Below are positions 8,531 to 16,682 of a stretch of 32,000 nucleotides of DNA, piece by piece. Numbering within the stretch: the first letter of the stretch is position 1; every line of letters starts with the position of its first letter. The notes under the pieces are model-generated. The model saw only the letters and a list, made by a program, of their open reading frames with translations. It ran no database searches and was not told the DNA's origin. Source of the DNA: Pseudidiomarina andamanensis (lineage in GTDB: Bacteria > Pseudomonadota > Gammaproteobacteria > Enterobacterales > Alteromonadaceae); assembly GCF_009734345.1 (NCBI RefSeq), contig NZ_CP032551.1:360001-392000 (forward strand), written 5' to 3'. The translations under genes and the position numbers were made by a program.

Positions 8531-9079
8531 ATGAAATTATATGACTTTGCTGATGTTTTGAATTTTTGGTTTAACGAGCTGACGCCTCAACAGTGGTTTG
8601 CTAAAAGTGATGCGTTAGACGAAACGATTAAACACCGTTTTGGCGCTACTTTGAAAGCAGCTTCTCAGGGGGAACTCTGGCAGTGGCGAGAGTCTGCCAA
8701 GGGCCGACTAGCCGAAATTATCGTGTTAGACCAATTTTCTCGGAATGTTTACCGAGATAGGCCGGCTTCGTTCGCGCAAGACGCGATGGCATTGGTACTG
8801 GCGCAAGAAGTTGTCGCGTTAAAGGTCGATGCCAATTTTAATGCCGCCGAAAAGGCTTTCTTATACATGCCTTATATGCACAGTGAATCGGCATTGATTC
8901 ATCAGCAAGCCGTTCAACTATTTAAACAACCCGGTTTAGAAACCAATTACGACTTCGAATTAAAGCATAAGGAAATTATTGATAAATACGGCCGCTATCC
9001 GCACCGTAACGCAATACTCGGGCGCGAATCATCGCCTGATGAGTTGGCGTTTTTGAAGCAACCGGGATCGTCGTTTTAA
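8531..9079 (+). CDS. DUF924-family protein (helical, unknown function)
   Basis: 182 aa. Blocks such as VLNFWF, QWF, IIVLDQFSRNVYR and RYPHRNAILGRESSPDELAFL match my memory of DUF924 proteins. The family assignment has not been checked by search. Confidence 0.7.
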   Translation: MKLYDFADVLNFWFNELTPQQWFAKSDALDETIKHRFGATLKAASQGELWQWRESAKGRLAEIIVLDQFSRNVYRDRPASFAQDAMALVLAQEVVALKVDANFNAAEKAFLYMPYMHSESALIHQQAVQLFKQPGLETNYDFELKHKEIIDKYGRYPHRNAILGRESSPDELAFLKQPGSSF

Positions 9080-10032
9080 TGGATAGATCTATCTTTATTG
9101 GAGTTGATGTCTCTTGCGCGGTGAAGAAGCGCATTCCGATTGTTTTTGCCGAGAAGCGGGAAGGGCGCCTAATTCCCTTACCGGTGAAAGAACTTCCGTT
9201 TGCGGCGCCTTATGGTCATGGCAATAAACTGGTAGTAGAGCACGAATATAATCTGAATTACGCGCGGCAAATTCGTCAGTATATTTCCGATGTTTGTCAC
9301 TTTTATGGTGTAAAGCCTGAGCGGATTGCGATTGATTCGCCGCTGCGACCTCGCTCAGAAGAGATAGATTATCGAGTTGCTGAGCGCGAGCTCAATCAAG
9401 CAGGCATACGTTGCTACAAAACGCCCTCAAAGCCCGAGTTCGATGAAATCATAAACAAGGTGCGTCGTCATTTGGCGCTAGGTGGTGAGGTGGCTCGGGT
9501 TCCGCATGCCATGCAACTCTGGATGCTTGCGGGCTTTGAGATTTCCCGGGAGTTGGCGAAGATAGCACCCGTGTTAGAGGTATTCCCGCAAGCTAACATC
9601 CGTCGATTGATACCAAATACCAAGCACAAGACACGTAAAGGCGTTCCAAAGTTACAATTAGAAGCTATTGCTCGTTATACCGGTTGGCCGGCAACGCCGC
9701 GAGATTGGAAAATATTAAAGAGAATTAGTGCTGGTAGTATGCATGACCAAGTCGATGCCTATAGTGCCGCATGGGTAGCAAGCTTGAACGAAGCAGAATT
9801 AGAAGTGTTCGGAGAGGTCGAGAGCCAAGATGTTGTTTGGGTGCCATCTAAAAAATTACTATCAACACATCCAAGGTTAAACGAATACAGAAAGGTTTGT
9901 CCGGCGTGTCACGAGCATGAATTTAAACGTTGGCCGTGGGGGTGGGATGCTCACGCGGCACATCGTTGTAAAGGCTTATCAAAGGGAACGCAAGAACAAC
10001 GTAAAGCTGAGTTTCGGCGTCGATTTTTGTGA
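9079..10032 (+). CDS. DUF429-like predicted RNase-H-fold nuclease with a C-terminal Cys/His (zinc-ribbon-like) extension
   Basis: 317 aa. The ATG shares its A with the DUF924 TAA (TAATG), indicating translational coupling. IGVDVS near the N-terminus, IAIDSPL, EVFP and DQVDAYSAAWVA follow the DUF429/COG-predicted-nuclease pattern. The tail is KVCPACHEHEFKRWPWGWDAHAAHRCKG. Confidence 0.5.
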   Translation: MDRSIFIGVDVSCAVKKRIPIVFAEKREGRLIPLPVKELPFAAPYGHGNKLVVEHEYNLNYARQIRQYISDVCHFYGVKPERIAIDSPLRPRSEEIDYRVAERELNQAGIRCYKTPSKPEFDEIINKVRRHLALGGEVARVPHAMQLWMLAGFEISRELAKIAPVLEVFPQANIRRLIPNTKHKTRKGVPKLQLEAIARYTGWPATPRDWKILKRISAGSMHDQVDAYSAAWVASLNEAELEVFGEVESQDVVWVPSKKLLSTHPRLNEYRKVCPACHEHEFKRWPWGWDAHAAHRCKGLSKGTQEQRKAEFRRRFL

Positions 10033-10095
10033 TACCGAAATGTAATATTGCGAGAGAGTTATCCACAGAGTGTTTCGTTATAAGGACATAAAAGC

Positions 10096-10686
10096 ATGCG
10101 ACACAATGGCGTTTTGGTGAAATGGAATGAGGATAAAGGCTTTGGGTTTGTGCAAATGGCGAGCTCGCAACAGCAAACATTTGCGCATATCAAGGAATTT
10201 GAAAATCGACGCCGCAAGCCGAAAGTAGGTGACGAAGTTACCTTTAAATTACAGCAACAGCCTGATGGAAAGCTTAGAGCAACTGGTATTGCTTATGTTC
10301 GTGAAAGCATCGATTGGTTCATGATTCCAATTCTGATTATCGCCATGTCTTATATTGGTGGTGTGGGTTATGCCAGTCTCGTAACCGATCTACCTGTTGA
10401 GGTTTCCTGGGTTTTCGCACTTCTTAGTGCCGTAACCTATCTGCTATACGCGCTCGATAAACGTGCCGCGCAACAAAGTAATCAACGCACACCGGAAAAA
10501 GTCTTACATTGGCTGTCTGTATTAGGTGGCTGGCCCGGTGCGTTGATTGCTCAACAGCAATTCCGCCACAAAACCCGTAAAACTTCGTTTCGCGTGGAAT
10601 ATTACATGACGGTTATTCTGAATGTTGCTGCCGTTTGTTATCTCGTTTTTGGGGATAGCGAACTTTTGGCTTGGATTGGTAAGTAA
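10096..10686 (+). CDS. Cold-shock-domain protein fused to a DUF1294 membrane domain
   Basis: 196 aa. The N-terminus GVLVKWNEDKGFGFVQ is a CSD RNP-1-like motif. The C-terminal half has hydrophobic helices plus WPGALIAQQQFRHKTRK, typical of DUF1294. Confidence 0.8.
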   Translation: MRHNGVLVKWNEDKGFGFVQMASSQQQTFAHIKEFENRRRKPKVGDEVTFKLQQQPDGKLRATGIAYVRESIDWFMIPILIIAMSYIGGVGYASLVTDLPVEVSWVFALLSAVTYLLYALDKRAAQQSNQRTPEKVLHWLSVLGGWPGALIAQQQFRHKTRKTSFRVEYYMTVILNVAAVCYLVFGDSELLAWIGK

Positions 10687-11534
10687 ACATGCGTCATCAT
10701 TTCGTGCTCAGGCACTTCAGGAAAGAAACTGATACGTTCTAAAATCAAAGGGAAATCTCGAAGTTCAAAGTCTGAGTTTGCAATCCAATCGGTAAAAAGA
10801 AATTGAATGACCTCGCCAAGAGTATCGTCGCTTCCTTTGTGTTTTAGCATGGCATAATGACCTGCTGGAATTTTCTTCGTAATAATACCTACCTCATCAT
10901 CTGTCATATCGCGCTCGATTGAACAGGCAATATCAAAGCGATATTCATCCGCAGGAGTGGTTGCCGGATCGTCGTAAATGAAATTGAAGGTGCGACTTTT
11001 ACTAGGGGGAAGCCTATTCACCTTTCGCCACTCAATAAACTTTGCCAGCGTCGCTCCTAAAACATTCGGCGAGCCACGATGTTCAATTGCAGCTGTCGTG
11101 ATTTCCGGTAATTCAATGACACGTACGTAAAATAAGTCGTTGTTTGACATGGTGTTTTTCCTTAACCGCATAACAGGGTCGTAATGAGTCTGCCAACGAT
11201 TCCAATTTGGTGTTGCTCTGAATTTAGATGGCGCCATTCCGAAATATTTTTTAAAAACCCGAGTGAATGCTTCATTACTTTCATACCCACTATTAAAAGC
11301 TACGGTGAGTATTTTTATCTCTTTTCGGAATGCTAATTGAAATGCTGCTTTCTTTAAGCGAAGCATTCTGACTAGAGACATAATAGGCATTCCGAAAACA
11401 GCTGAGCACTGTCGATGAAAATGAAACTTCGATAGATGAGCTACGTCACATAGAGTCTCGACATTTAGATCGGTATCAAGATTGGACTCGATAAATTGAA
11501 TCACCTTTAAAAAACGTTCGTGATAGTTTGCCAA
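10638..11534 (-). CDS. AraC-family transcriptional regulator with a GyrI-like effector domain (Rob-like architecture)
   Basis: 298 aa. The N-terminus carries a double HTH (AFNSGYESNEAFTRVFKKYFGMAPSKFR). The C-terminal roughly 150 aa look GyrI-like. Its 3' end overlaps the convergent CSD-DUF1294 gene by 49 nt. Confidence 0.8.
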   Translation of the reverse strand: MANYHERFLKVIQFIESNLDTDLNVETLCDVAHLSKFHFHRQCSAVFGMPIMSLVRMLRLKKAAFQLAFRKEIKILTVAFNSGYESNEAFTRVFKKYFGMAPSKFRATPNWNRWQTHYDPVMRLRKNTMSNNDLFYVRVIELPEITTAAIEHRGSPNVLGATLAKFIEWRKVNRLPPSKSRTFNFIYDDPATTPADEYRFDIACSIERDMTDDEVGIITKKIPAGHYAMLKHKGSDDTLGEVIQFLFTDWIANSDFELRDFPLILERISFFPEVPEHEMMTHVYLPIQAKSSLSPKTR

Positions 11535-11636
11535 CGCGAATCTCCCTCTATAATTAAATGCTACTTTAAAGGTAATATTGCGTTGAGTCTTGACCGAAAT
11601 TGCTTTTTTCGACTTCTAAGAATTTTCGAGGATCTT

Positions 11637-12143
11637 GTGTATCAACTTATATTGCCGACGGCGAAATTGAAAGCGAGCTATGACGCTTATATAGCTGAGC
11701 TTGGTAGCGAGGAACGGTATCCGTTTCCACTAGATTTTGAGCATCGTGATTTTGAAGCCATGTTGGATCGTATCGAAGGTATTCGTAACGGAACCAGGGT
11801 GCCTGATGGATTTGTTCAAAGCTCGACATTTTGGATGGTTGCGGATGATGAAATCATTGGCTGCACAAATATCCGGCATCGGTTAAATGCTCAAATTGAA
11901 TACTGTGGCGGGCATATCGGTTTAAGTGTTCGCCCATCTTTTCGCCGGCAAGGTTTGGGAATTAAATTACTCCAATTAAGCCTTGAGCAAGCTCGCGAAC
12001 TTGGCATTCAAACGGCCCATATCCACTGTCATAAACATAACGTTGCCTCACGCGCAATGATTGAAGCGTGTGGTGGAGTTTTCCATTCCGAGATTAATGA
12101 TAACGGAAGTTTGGTTAGCCGATACTTAATAGAACTAACTTAA
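11637..12143 (+). CDS. GNAT-family acetyltransferase (COG3981-like)
   Basis: Acetyl-CoA motif VRPSFRRQGLGIKLLQLSLEQA. I moved the start to GTG 11637, which has an RBS (GAGGA, 11626-11630). The track ORF's first 39 codons overlap the divergent AraC gene start and look non-coding. Confidence 0.7.
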   Translation: MYQLILPTAKLKASYDAYIAELGSEERYPFPLDFEHRDFEAMLDRIEGIRNGTRVPDGFVQSSTFWMVADDEIIGCTNIRHRLNAQIEYCGGHIGLSVRPSFRRQGLGIKLLQLSLEQARELGIQTAHIHCHKHNVASRAMIEACGGVFHSEINDNGSLVSRYLIELT

Positions 12144-12219
12144 AGTGAAATTAACTGCGGTGTGAGCTGTAATCGGTTAGAATGCATGTTCTTATCACAA
12201 TTGAGTTGCACATTTATAC

Positions 12220-13485
12220 ATGACTTTTTCTGAACTCGGACTTTGCCCTGAAATTCTATCTGCCCTGACACGCCAAGGTTATACTGAACCCACCCCTATT
12301 CAAGCCCAAGCAATACCAGCCGTGTTAGCTGGTAAAGATGTGATGGCCGCAGCGCAAACCGGCACCGGTAAAACCGCTGGCTTTACCTTACCGATTCTTG
12401 AAATGTTAAAGGATAATGAGCGTGCGAAAGCCAATACCGCGCGTGTACTCATTTTGACGCCGACGCGTGAATTAGCTGCGCAAGTTGGTGAAAGCGTAAT
12501 GAATTACGGCGCTGGCTTGCCGCTCAATTATGCCGTGGTATTCGGTGGCGTGAAGATTAATCCACAGATGATGAAGTTACGCAAGGGCGTCGATATTTTG
12601 GTGGCAACGCCAGGCCGATTGCTCGACCTCTACCAGCAAAACGCCATACGCTTTCCAAAACTCGAAATGCTAGTTCTTGACGAAGCTGACCGTATGCTCG
12701 ATATGGGCTTCATTCATGACATTAAAAAAATCATCAAGTTACTGCCAGCGAAGCGCCAAACGTTGATGTTTTCGGCTACGTTCTCGGACGATATTCGTAC
12801 GCTTGCAAAAAGCCTGGTGAATAGCCCAGTAGAAATTAGTGTCGCGCCGCCAAATGCGACCGCTGAGCGCATTGATCAAATCATGTATGCCGCGCAGAAG
12901 ACTCAGAAACCGCGCATGCTAATGCAAATTCTGCGCAACCTCAATTTGCCGCAAGTGATTGTGTTCTCGCGCACTAAACATGGCGCTAACCGCTTGGTAA
13001 AACAGCTGGATGGCGACGGATTTTTAGCTGCTGCAATTCATGGCAATAAAAGCCAAGGCGCACGCACCAAAGCTTTAGCTGACTTTAAGGCCGGCAAGGT
13101 ACAAGTGTTAGTTGCGACGGACATTGCCGCCCGTGGCTTAGATATCGAAAAACTGCCGTATGTCATCAATTTTGATTTGCCGCAAGTGGCCGAAGATTAC
13201 GTGCACCGTATTGGTCGTACTGGCCGCGCAGGGCAGGTTGGACACGCCATTTCGCTGGTCATGGACGAAGAGTTTAAAACACTCAAAGCCATCGAGAAAC
13301 TAATTGGCCAGCCAATTGAGCGCCACAAACTTGAAGGTTTTGCCGATGTTGAATTAAACGGCAAAACACCGGTCCCTAAGAAAGCGCCACGCCCGCCGCG
13401 TCGCGCTGGAAAGCCACAGGGTAATAGTGATAAAAATTCTGGTGGCGGTAAAAAGCCATCGCGTGACCGCAAGCGTCGAACTTAA
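12220..13485 (+). CDS. rhlE: ATP-dependent DEAD-box RNA helicase RhlE
   Basis: 421 aa with a Q-motif region, [25 protein letters not shown] and a basic K/R/G-rich tail. Confidence 0.92.
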   Translation: MTFSELGLCPEILSALTRQGYTEPTPIQAQAIPAVLAGKDVMAAAQTGTGKTAGFTLPILEMLKDNERAKANTARVLILTPTRELAAQVGESVMNYGAGLPLNYAVVFGGVKINPQMMKLRKGVDILVATPGRLLDLYQQNAIRFPKLEMLVLDEADRMLDMGFIHDIKKIIKLLPAKRQTLMFSATFSDDIRTLAKSLVNSPVEISVAPPNATAERIDQIMYAAQKTQKPRMLMQILRNLNLPQVIVFSRTKHGANRLVKQLDGDGFLAAAIHGNKSQGARTKALADFKAGKVQVLVATDIAARGLDIEKLPYVINFDLPQVAEDYVHRIGRTGRAGQVGHAISLVMDEEFKTLKAIEKLIGQPIERHKLEGFADVELNGKTPVPKKAPRPPRRAGKPQGNSDKNSGGGKKPSRDRKRRT

Positions 13486-13502
13486 CCAAGCCGGTAACTA
13501 TT

Positions 13503-13901
13503 GTGAATAACAGATACTTTGTTGTTATCGCTGCAGTTTTTATTCTTTCAGCTTGCACCACCGGCAAGCTGTTTTATATCGATAGGGCAGGCAATCGCAC
13601 TCTAGGCTGCGAGGTCGAGTTCGTAGGCATGCCCAGCGTCGATAAATTTGCCGTTGAGTATGCTTTAAGCCATTGCGCCAAACGTGCCGTCGAGGCAGGT
13701 CATCGTCTCGAGCAAGAACAAAAGTATTTGTTAGAACGGGATACGTCAATTCCTCCAGCGCCTTGCGGCAAGGCTTGGGATCATGAACTTGCTGAAGATG
13801 AGTTCGAAGGTGGCAACCTCTCAAAGAAAGAATATGGCTATATTGTGGCGCATATCGATATGGGGTTGGCGGTTGTGAACGAGTGTTCGTCTGGCAACTA
13901 G
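13503..13901 (+). CDS. Hypothetical lipoprotein
   Basis: 132 aa with a GTG start. It has a signal peptide with lipobox (FILSAC) and four further Cys residues. I do not recognise a family. Confidence 0.6.
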   Translation: MNNRYFVVIAAVFILSACTTGKLFYIDRAGNRTLGCEVEFVGMPSVDKFAVEYALSHCAKRAVEAGHRLEQEQKYLLERDTSIPPAPCGKAWDHELAEDEFEGGNLSKKEYGYIVAHIDMGLAVVNECSSGN

Positions 13902-13957
13902 TGGAGTAGATCTCGGACAATATTCTAAGTTCGAGCAATGATTGTTAAGGAAAAACA

Positions 13958-14764
13958 ATGAAGTTTGGTTGGTTTTTGTTGGTTCTTTTATTTCCTTTGG
14001 CTGCCTTTTCTAATCCCGACTTTGTGAAGGTTAAGGGATATGATCTCGAATATGAAATTGCTGGCAACGGCAGTGAAATAATTCTATTGGAGGCTGGCGG
14101 CAGCGCAGGTATGTCTGACTGGGAGCCTGTTTTTGAAAGAATATCAGAGCATGCAAAAGTTATTCGCTATTCTCGAGTCGGTAATGGGAACTCAACTTCA
14201 ATCAAACAGCACTTCACTTCGCGAGACTATGCTGATTTAGCTAGCTCGTTGCTACGTGAACTAGGTATTCATCAACCGGTTATATTGGTTGCGCATTCTT
14301 ATGGTGGAAGTATTGCCCGAGACTTTGCCGCAGCTTATCCCGAACAAATAAAAGCGCTTATGTTGTTAGATCCTTCGTCCGAGCATGATGTTGATATTTT
14401 ACGGGCTATCGACTTAGAAAAGGGTAACGAAGAAATAGCTCAAATCAAACTTGCCGATATGAAAGACGGAATGTCTAACCAATATTTGGACTTCTGGAGT
14501 AAGCGTCCGTTACCTGATTACCCTCAAATTAAAGATATGCCTGTTATCGTCATCACATCGGTGAAAAAAGTGGAGAATCCACCGAACTTATTCTTTACAG
14601 ATCAAGGCAGAAGAATGTGGGGTGAATTATGGCAAAACTGGGCTAATGCGTTTCCGCAAGGCAAATCTATTTTGACTGAAAAAAGCGGTCACTTTGTGCA
14701 ATTTGATGAACCTGAATTAGTCGTTAGCGAGCTTTTGGTGTTGATGCAGAAGCTCGAGGATTAG
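13958..14764 (+). CDS. Secreted alpha/beta-fold hydrolase
   Basis: 268 aa. Signal peptide MKFGWFLLVLLFPLAAFS, nucleophile elbow VAHSYGGSIA, and a C-terminal catalytic His block SGHFVQFDEPE. Confidence 0.8.
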   Translation: MKFGWFLLVLLFPLAAFSNPDFVKVKGYDLEYEIAGNGSEIILLEAGGSAGMSDWEPVFERISEHAKVIRYSRVGNGNSTSIKQHFTSRDYADLASSLLRELGIHQPVILVAHSYGGSIARDFAAAYPEQIKALMLLDPSSEHDVDILRAIDLEKGNEEIAQIKLADMKDGMSNQYLDFWSKRPLPDYPQIKDMPVIVITSVKKVENPPNLFFTDQGRRMWGELWQNWANAFPQGKSILTEKSGHFVQFDEPELVVSELLVLMQKLED

Positions 14765-14950
14765 CCACATTAGCGACTGCTTTGAGCGAGGAACGGACCT
14801 TTCTGACTTTCGTTCGACTTCAACTAGTGACTAGCCTTCCTGTTATCGTCCCGTTATTAGTAAGTGTGGGTGTCGCTAGTGTAACTACCCCGTAAAATAA
14901 TACAGCCCACTCGTAGAATTTCTTTTAAACTAAAACAAAGGAGTTATACG

Positions 14951-15178
14951 ATGAGCAAACGCATGACTGAAAGCCAAATTGTGGCGATTTTAAAAGAAGC
15001 CGAGGCCGGTATGCCGGTGAAAGACATCTGCCGTAAGTACGGTATCGGTAATTCAACGTTTTACAAGTGGCGCGGAAAATACGGCGGCATGGAAGCGTCT
15101 GAAGCCGCCATCATAAATTTGCTTGGTGAGCTGGGCGATGGTAGCACTTCGACTTCGAGGAATAATAGAAATGGCTAA
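14951..15178 (+). pseudogene. IS3-family transposase OrfA (HTH) N-terminal remnant
   Basis: The first 52 or so codons (MSKRMTESQIVAILKEAEAGMPVKDICRKYGIGNSTFYKWRGKYGGMEASEA) match the conserved IS3/IS407-type OrfA N-terminus. Similarity stops near nt 15107, where the leucine-zipper region should begin. No OrfB follows. A possible left end, TGTAACTACCCC, starts near 14880. Confidence 0.75.
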
Positions 15179-15476
15179 TTCAAATTCTGGAAGACATACA
15201 TTTACTTTTGAGGGAGGCGAGCAACTCACTACGATTGGTGCTACTTTTTTCGTCTCTTACCTATACCATATGCGTGTCGATTCAACTCACAGAAAATGGG
15301 AGTCGATCAAGACTAAAAACTCTCGTATTAGCACAATCAACAGATCTGAGTATTACCACCGAGACTGGCTGAACCATATTGGAAGTATGAGTGATGCCAA
15401 TTTGAATAAAAACACCTTGGGTCTCGATGCCGCTACTGTGAAGAAAATGGCACTAGCCATACAAAAGGTATTATGA
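15171..15476 (+). CDS. Hypothetical protein (101 aa), orphan
   Basis: ATG 15171 is preceded by GAGGA (about 15157-15161). The track ORF from 15123 overlaps the IS-remnant frame. There is no TM segment and no motif I recognise. The local DNA is AT-rich. Confidence 0.45.
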   Translation: MANSNSGRHTFTFEGGEQLTTIGATFFVSYLYHMRVDSTHRKWESIKTKNSRISTINRSEYYHRDWLNHIGSMSDANLNKNTLGLDAATVKKMALAIQKVL

Positions 15477-15634
15477 GTCTAGTTGAATTCACAGGGCGAA
15501 TTCGTGCCTGTTAAGCTTAGCGAATTTGTCCACTACTAGCACTAAGCCGAAGGGCAGCTGCGAGCGAATTGCGGACGCTGTGAACCATGAATACATGTTA
15601 CTTAGAGTGCCCCAATACGCATTTGGGATTAGAT

Positions 15635-15663
15635 TTGTGGTATCGAGATACGTAGACTAGAAT
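15635..15663 (+). promoter_or_regulatory. Putative sigma70 promoter for the 189-aa membrane-protein gene
   Basis: -35 TTGTGG (15635-15640), 17-nt spacer, -10 TAGAAT (15658-15663). The spacer contains the inverted repeat GTATC-GA-GATAC (15640-15651). It lies about 36 nt upstream of the TTG start. Confidence 0.4.
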
Positions 15664-15698
15664 CCGGCCTTGCCACTCAATAAGCTAAGGATGCTATT

Positions 15699-16268
15699 TT
15701 GAATTACATTAAGGAAAACTTCCGATTTTTACTGGCAGCCTTGGCTAATTTATTAGCTCTAGTCGCGTCGATTTGGTGGCTTATTGAGAGTAACTTTAGT
15801 AAACAAGGTAATATTGAAATTGAGCCGATTGTTTCAACGATTACTTTAACTGCAACATTGCTCGGCCTAAATTTTGTAAATAACAAATTATCTAAGCCGT
15901 TGTTGAAAATAAAGTTGAGTATTTCCTTTGCAGAAAGCCCTATATACGGGCGCATGCAAGGTATGAACGTGGCAGTTGAAAATCATTCAATCTTCAAAAC
16001 ATTTATCAGCCAGTTTCAAATTGAGCTACCTCAAAAAGAGCAGGTAACCGTTTTGCTTTATGAAGGTTTCACATCTCAATTACTCCCAAAAGTTGTTCTC
16101 GAGCCAGGACAATCATTCTCTTTCAATGTTGTGAAACAGAACTTGAGTGGCGCTGTAAACTCAATCAATGAATTTGGCCGACTGGTGGTAAAAACAGATA
16201 TTGGTCACAAATTTTATGTACCAGCAGAAGAGGTAAGAAAGCATATCGGCTACCTTCTTGAATCATGA
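15699..16268 (+). CDS. Hypothetical membrane-anchored protein (189 aa), orphan
   Basis: TTG start with AAGG 8 nt upstream. It has two N-terminal hydrophobic helices (FLLAALANLLALVASIWWLI; IVSTITLTATLLGLNFV) and a C-terminal domain of about 125 aa that looks beta-rich. The coding sequence is AT-rich. I do not recognise a family. Confidence 0.6.
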   Translation: MNYIKENFRFLLAALANLLALVASIWWLIESNFSKQGNIEIEPIVSTITLTATLLGLNFVNNKLSKPLLKIKLSISFAESPIYGRMQGMNVAVENHSIFKTFISQFQIELPQKEQVTVLLYEGFTSQLLPKVVLEPGQSFSFNVVKQNLSGAVNSINEFGRLVVKTDIGHKFYVPAEEVRKHIGYLLES

Positions 16269-16328
16269 TACATCGATTCTTATCGTAACTTTTCCGATAC
16301 AAGGTCAGCAATTGGCACGTACCAGACA

Positions 16329-16682
16329 TTAAACCGCATCAGACCAAACTGCATATTCATTCCCGCTAGGGCAGGTAAAATGGAAACGGCGCCCGCCAGG
16401 GAAGTCAAAAATTGGCTTAATAATTGCGCCGCCAGCTTGTTCAACGTGTGACTGACTCGCCTCAAGCTCTTTACTGTACAGCACAACTAACGCGCTGCCA
16501 GTGCTTATCGATGCCACTAACTCTGAGCGATAAAACCCACCATCAAGTCCTGCATGTTGTATGGCAACGTAATCAGGACCATAGTCAATAAAACTCCATC
16601 CGAAAGCCTTCGCGAAGAAGTCCTTGGTGCCCTCAATATCGCGGGCAGGTAATTCAATGTAGTTAATTTTCTCGTGACTCAT
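16329..16682 (-). CDS. VOC-family (glyoxalase/bleomycin-resistance fold) protein
   Basis: 117 aa. INYIELPARDIEGTKDFFAKAFGWSF is typical of small VOC proteins. The start overlaps the stop of the upstream gene by 4 nt (ATGA). Confidence 0.75.
   Translation of the reverse strand: MSHEKINYIELPARDIEGTKDFFAKAFGWSFIDYGPDYVAIQHAGLDGGFYRSELVASISTGSALVVLYSKELEASQSHVEQAGGAIIKPIFDFPGGRRFHFTCPSGNEYAVWSDAV

Noticed and set aside
13540-13938. A 132-aa minus-strand ORF mirroring the lipoprotein gene, with the same length.
   Set aside because: The plus-strand product has a clean lipoprotein signal peptide and lipobox. The mirror product is Arg/Pro/Thr-rich with no features. It is most likely a shadow ORF.
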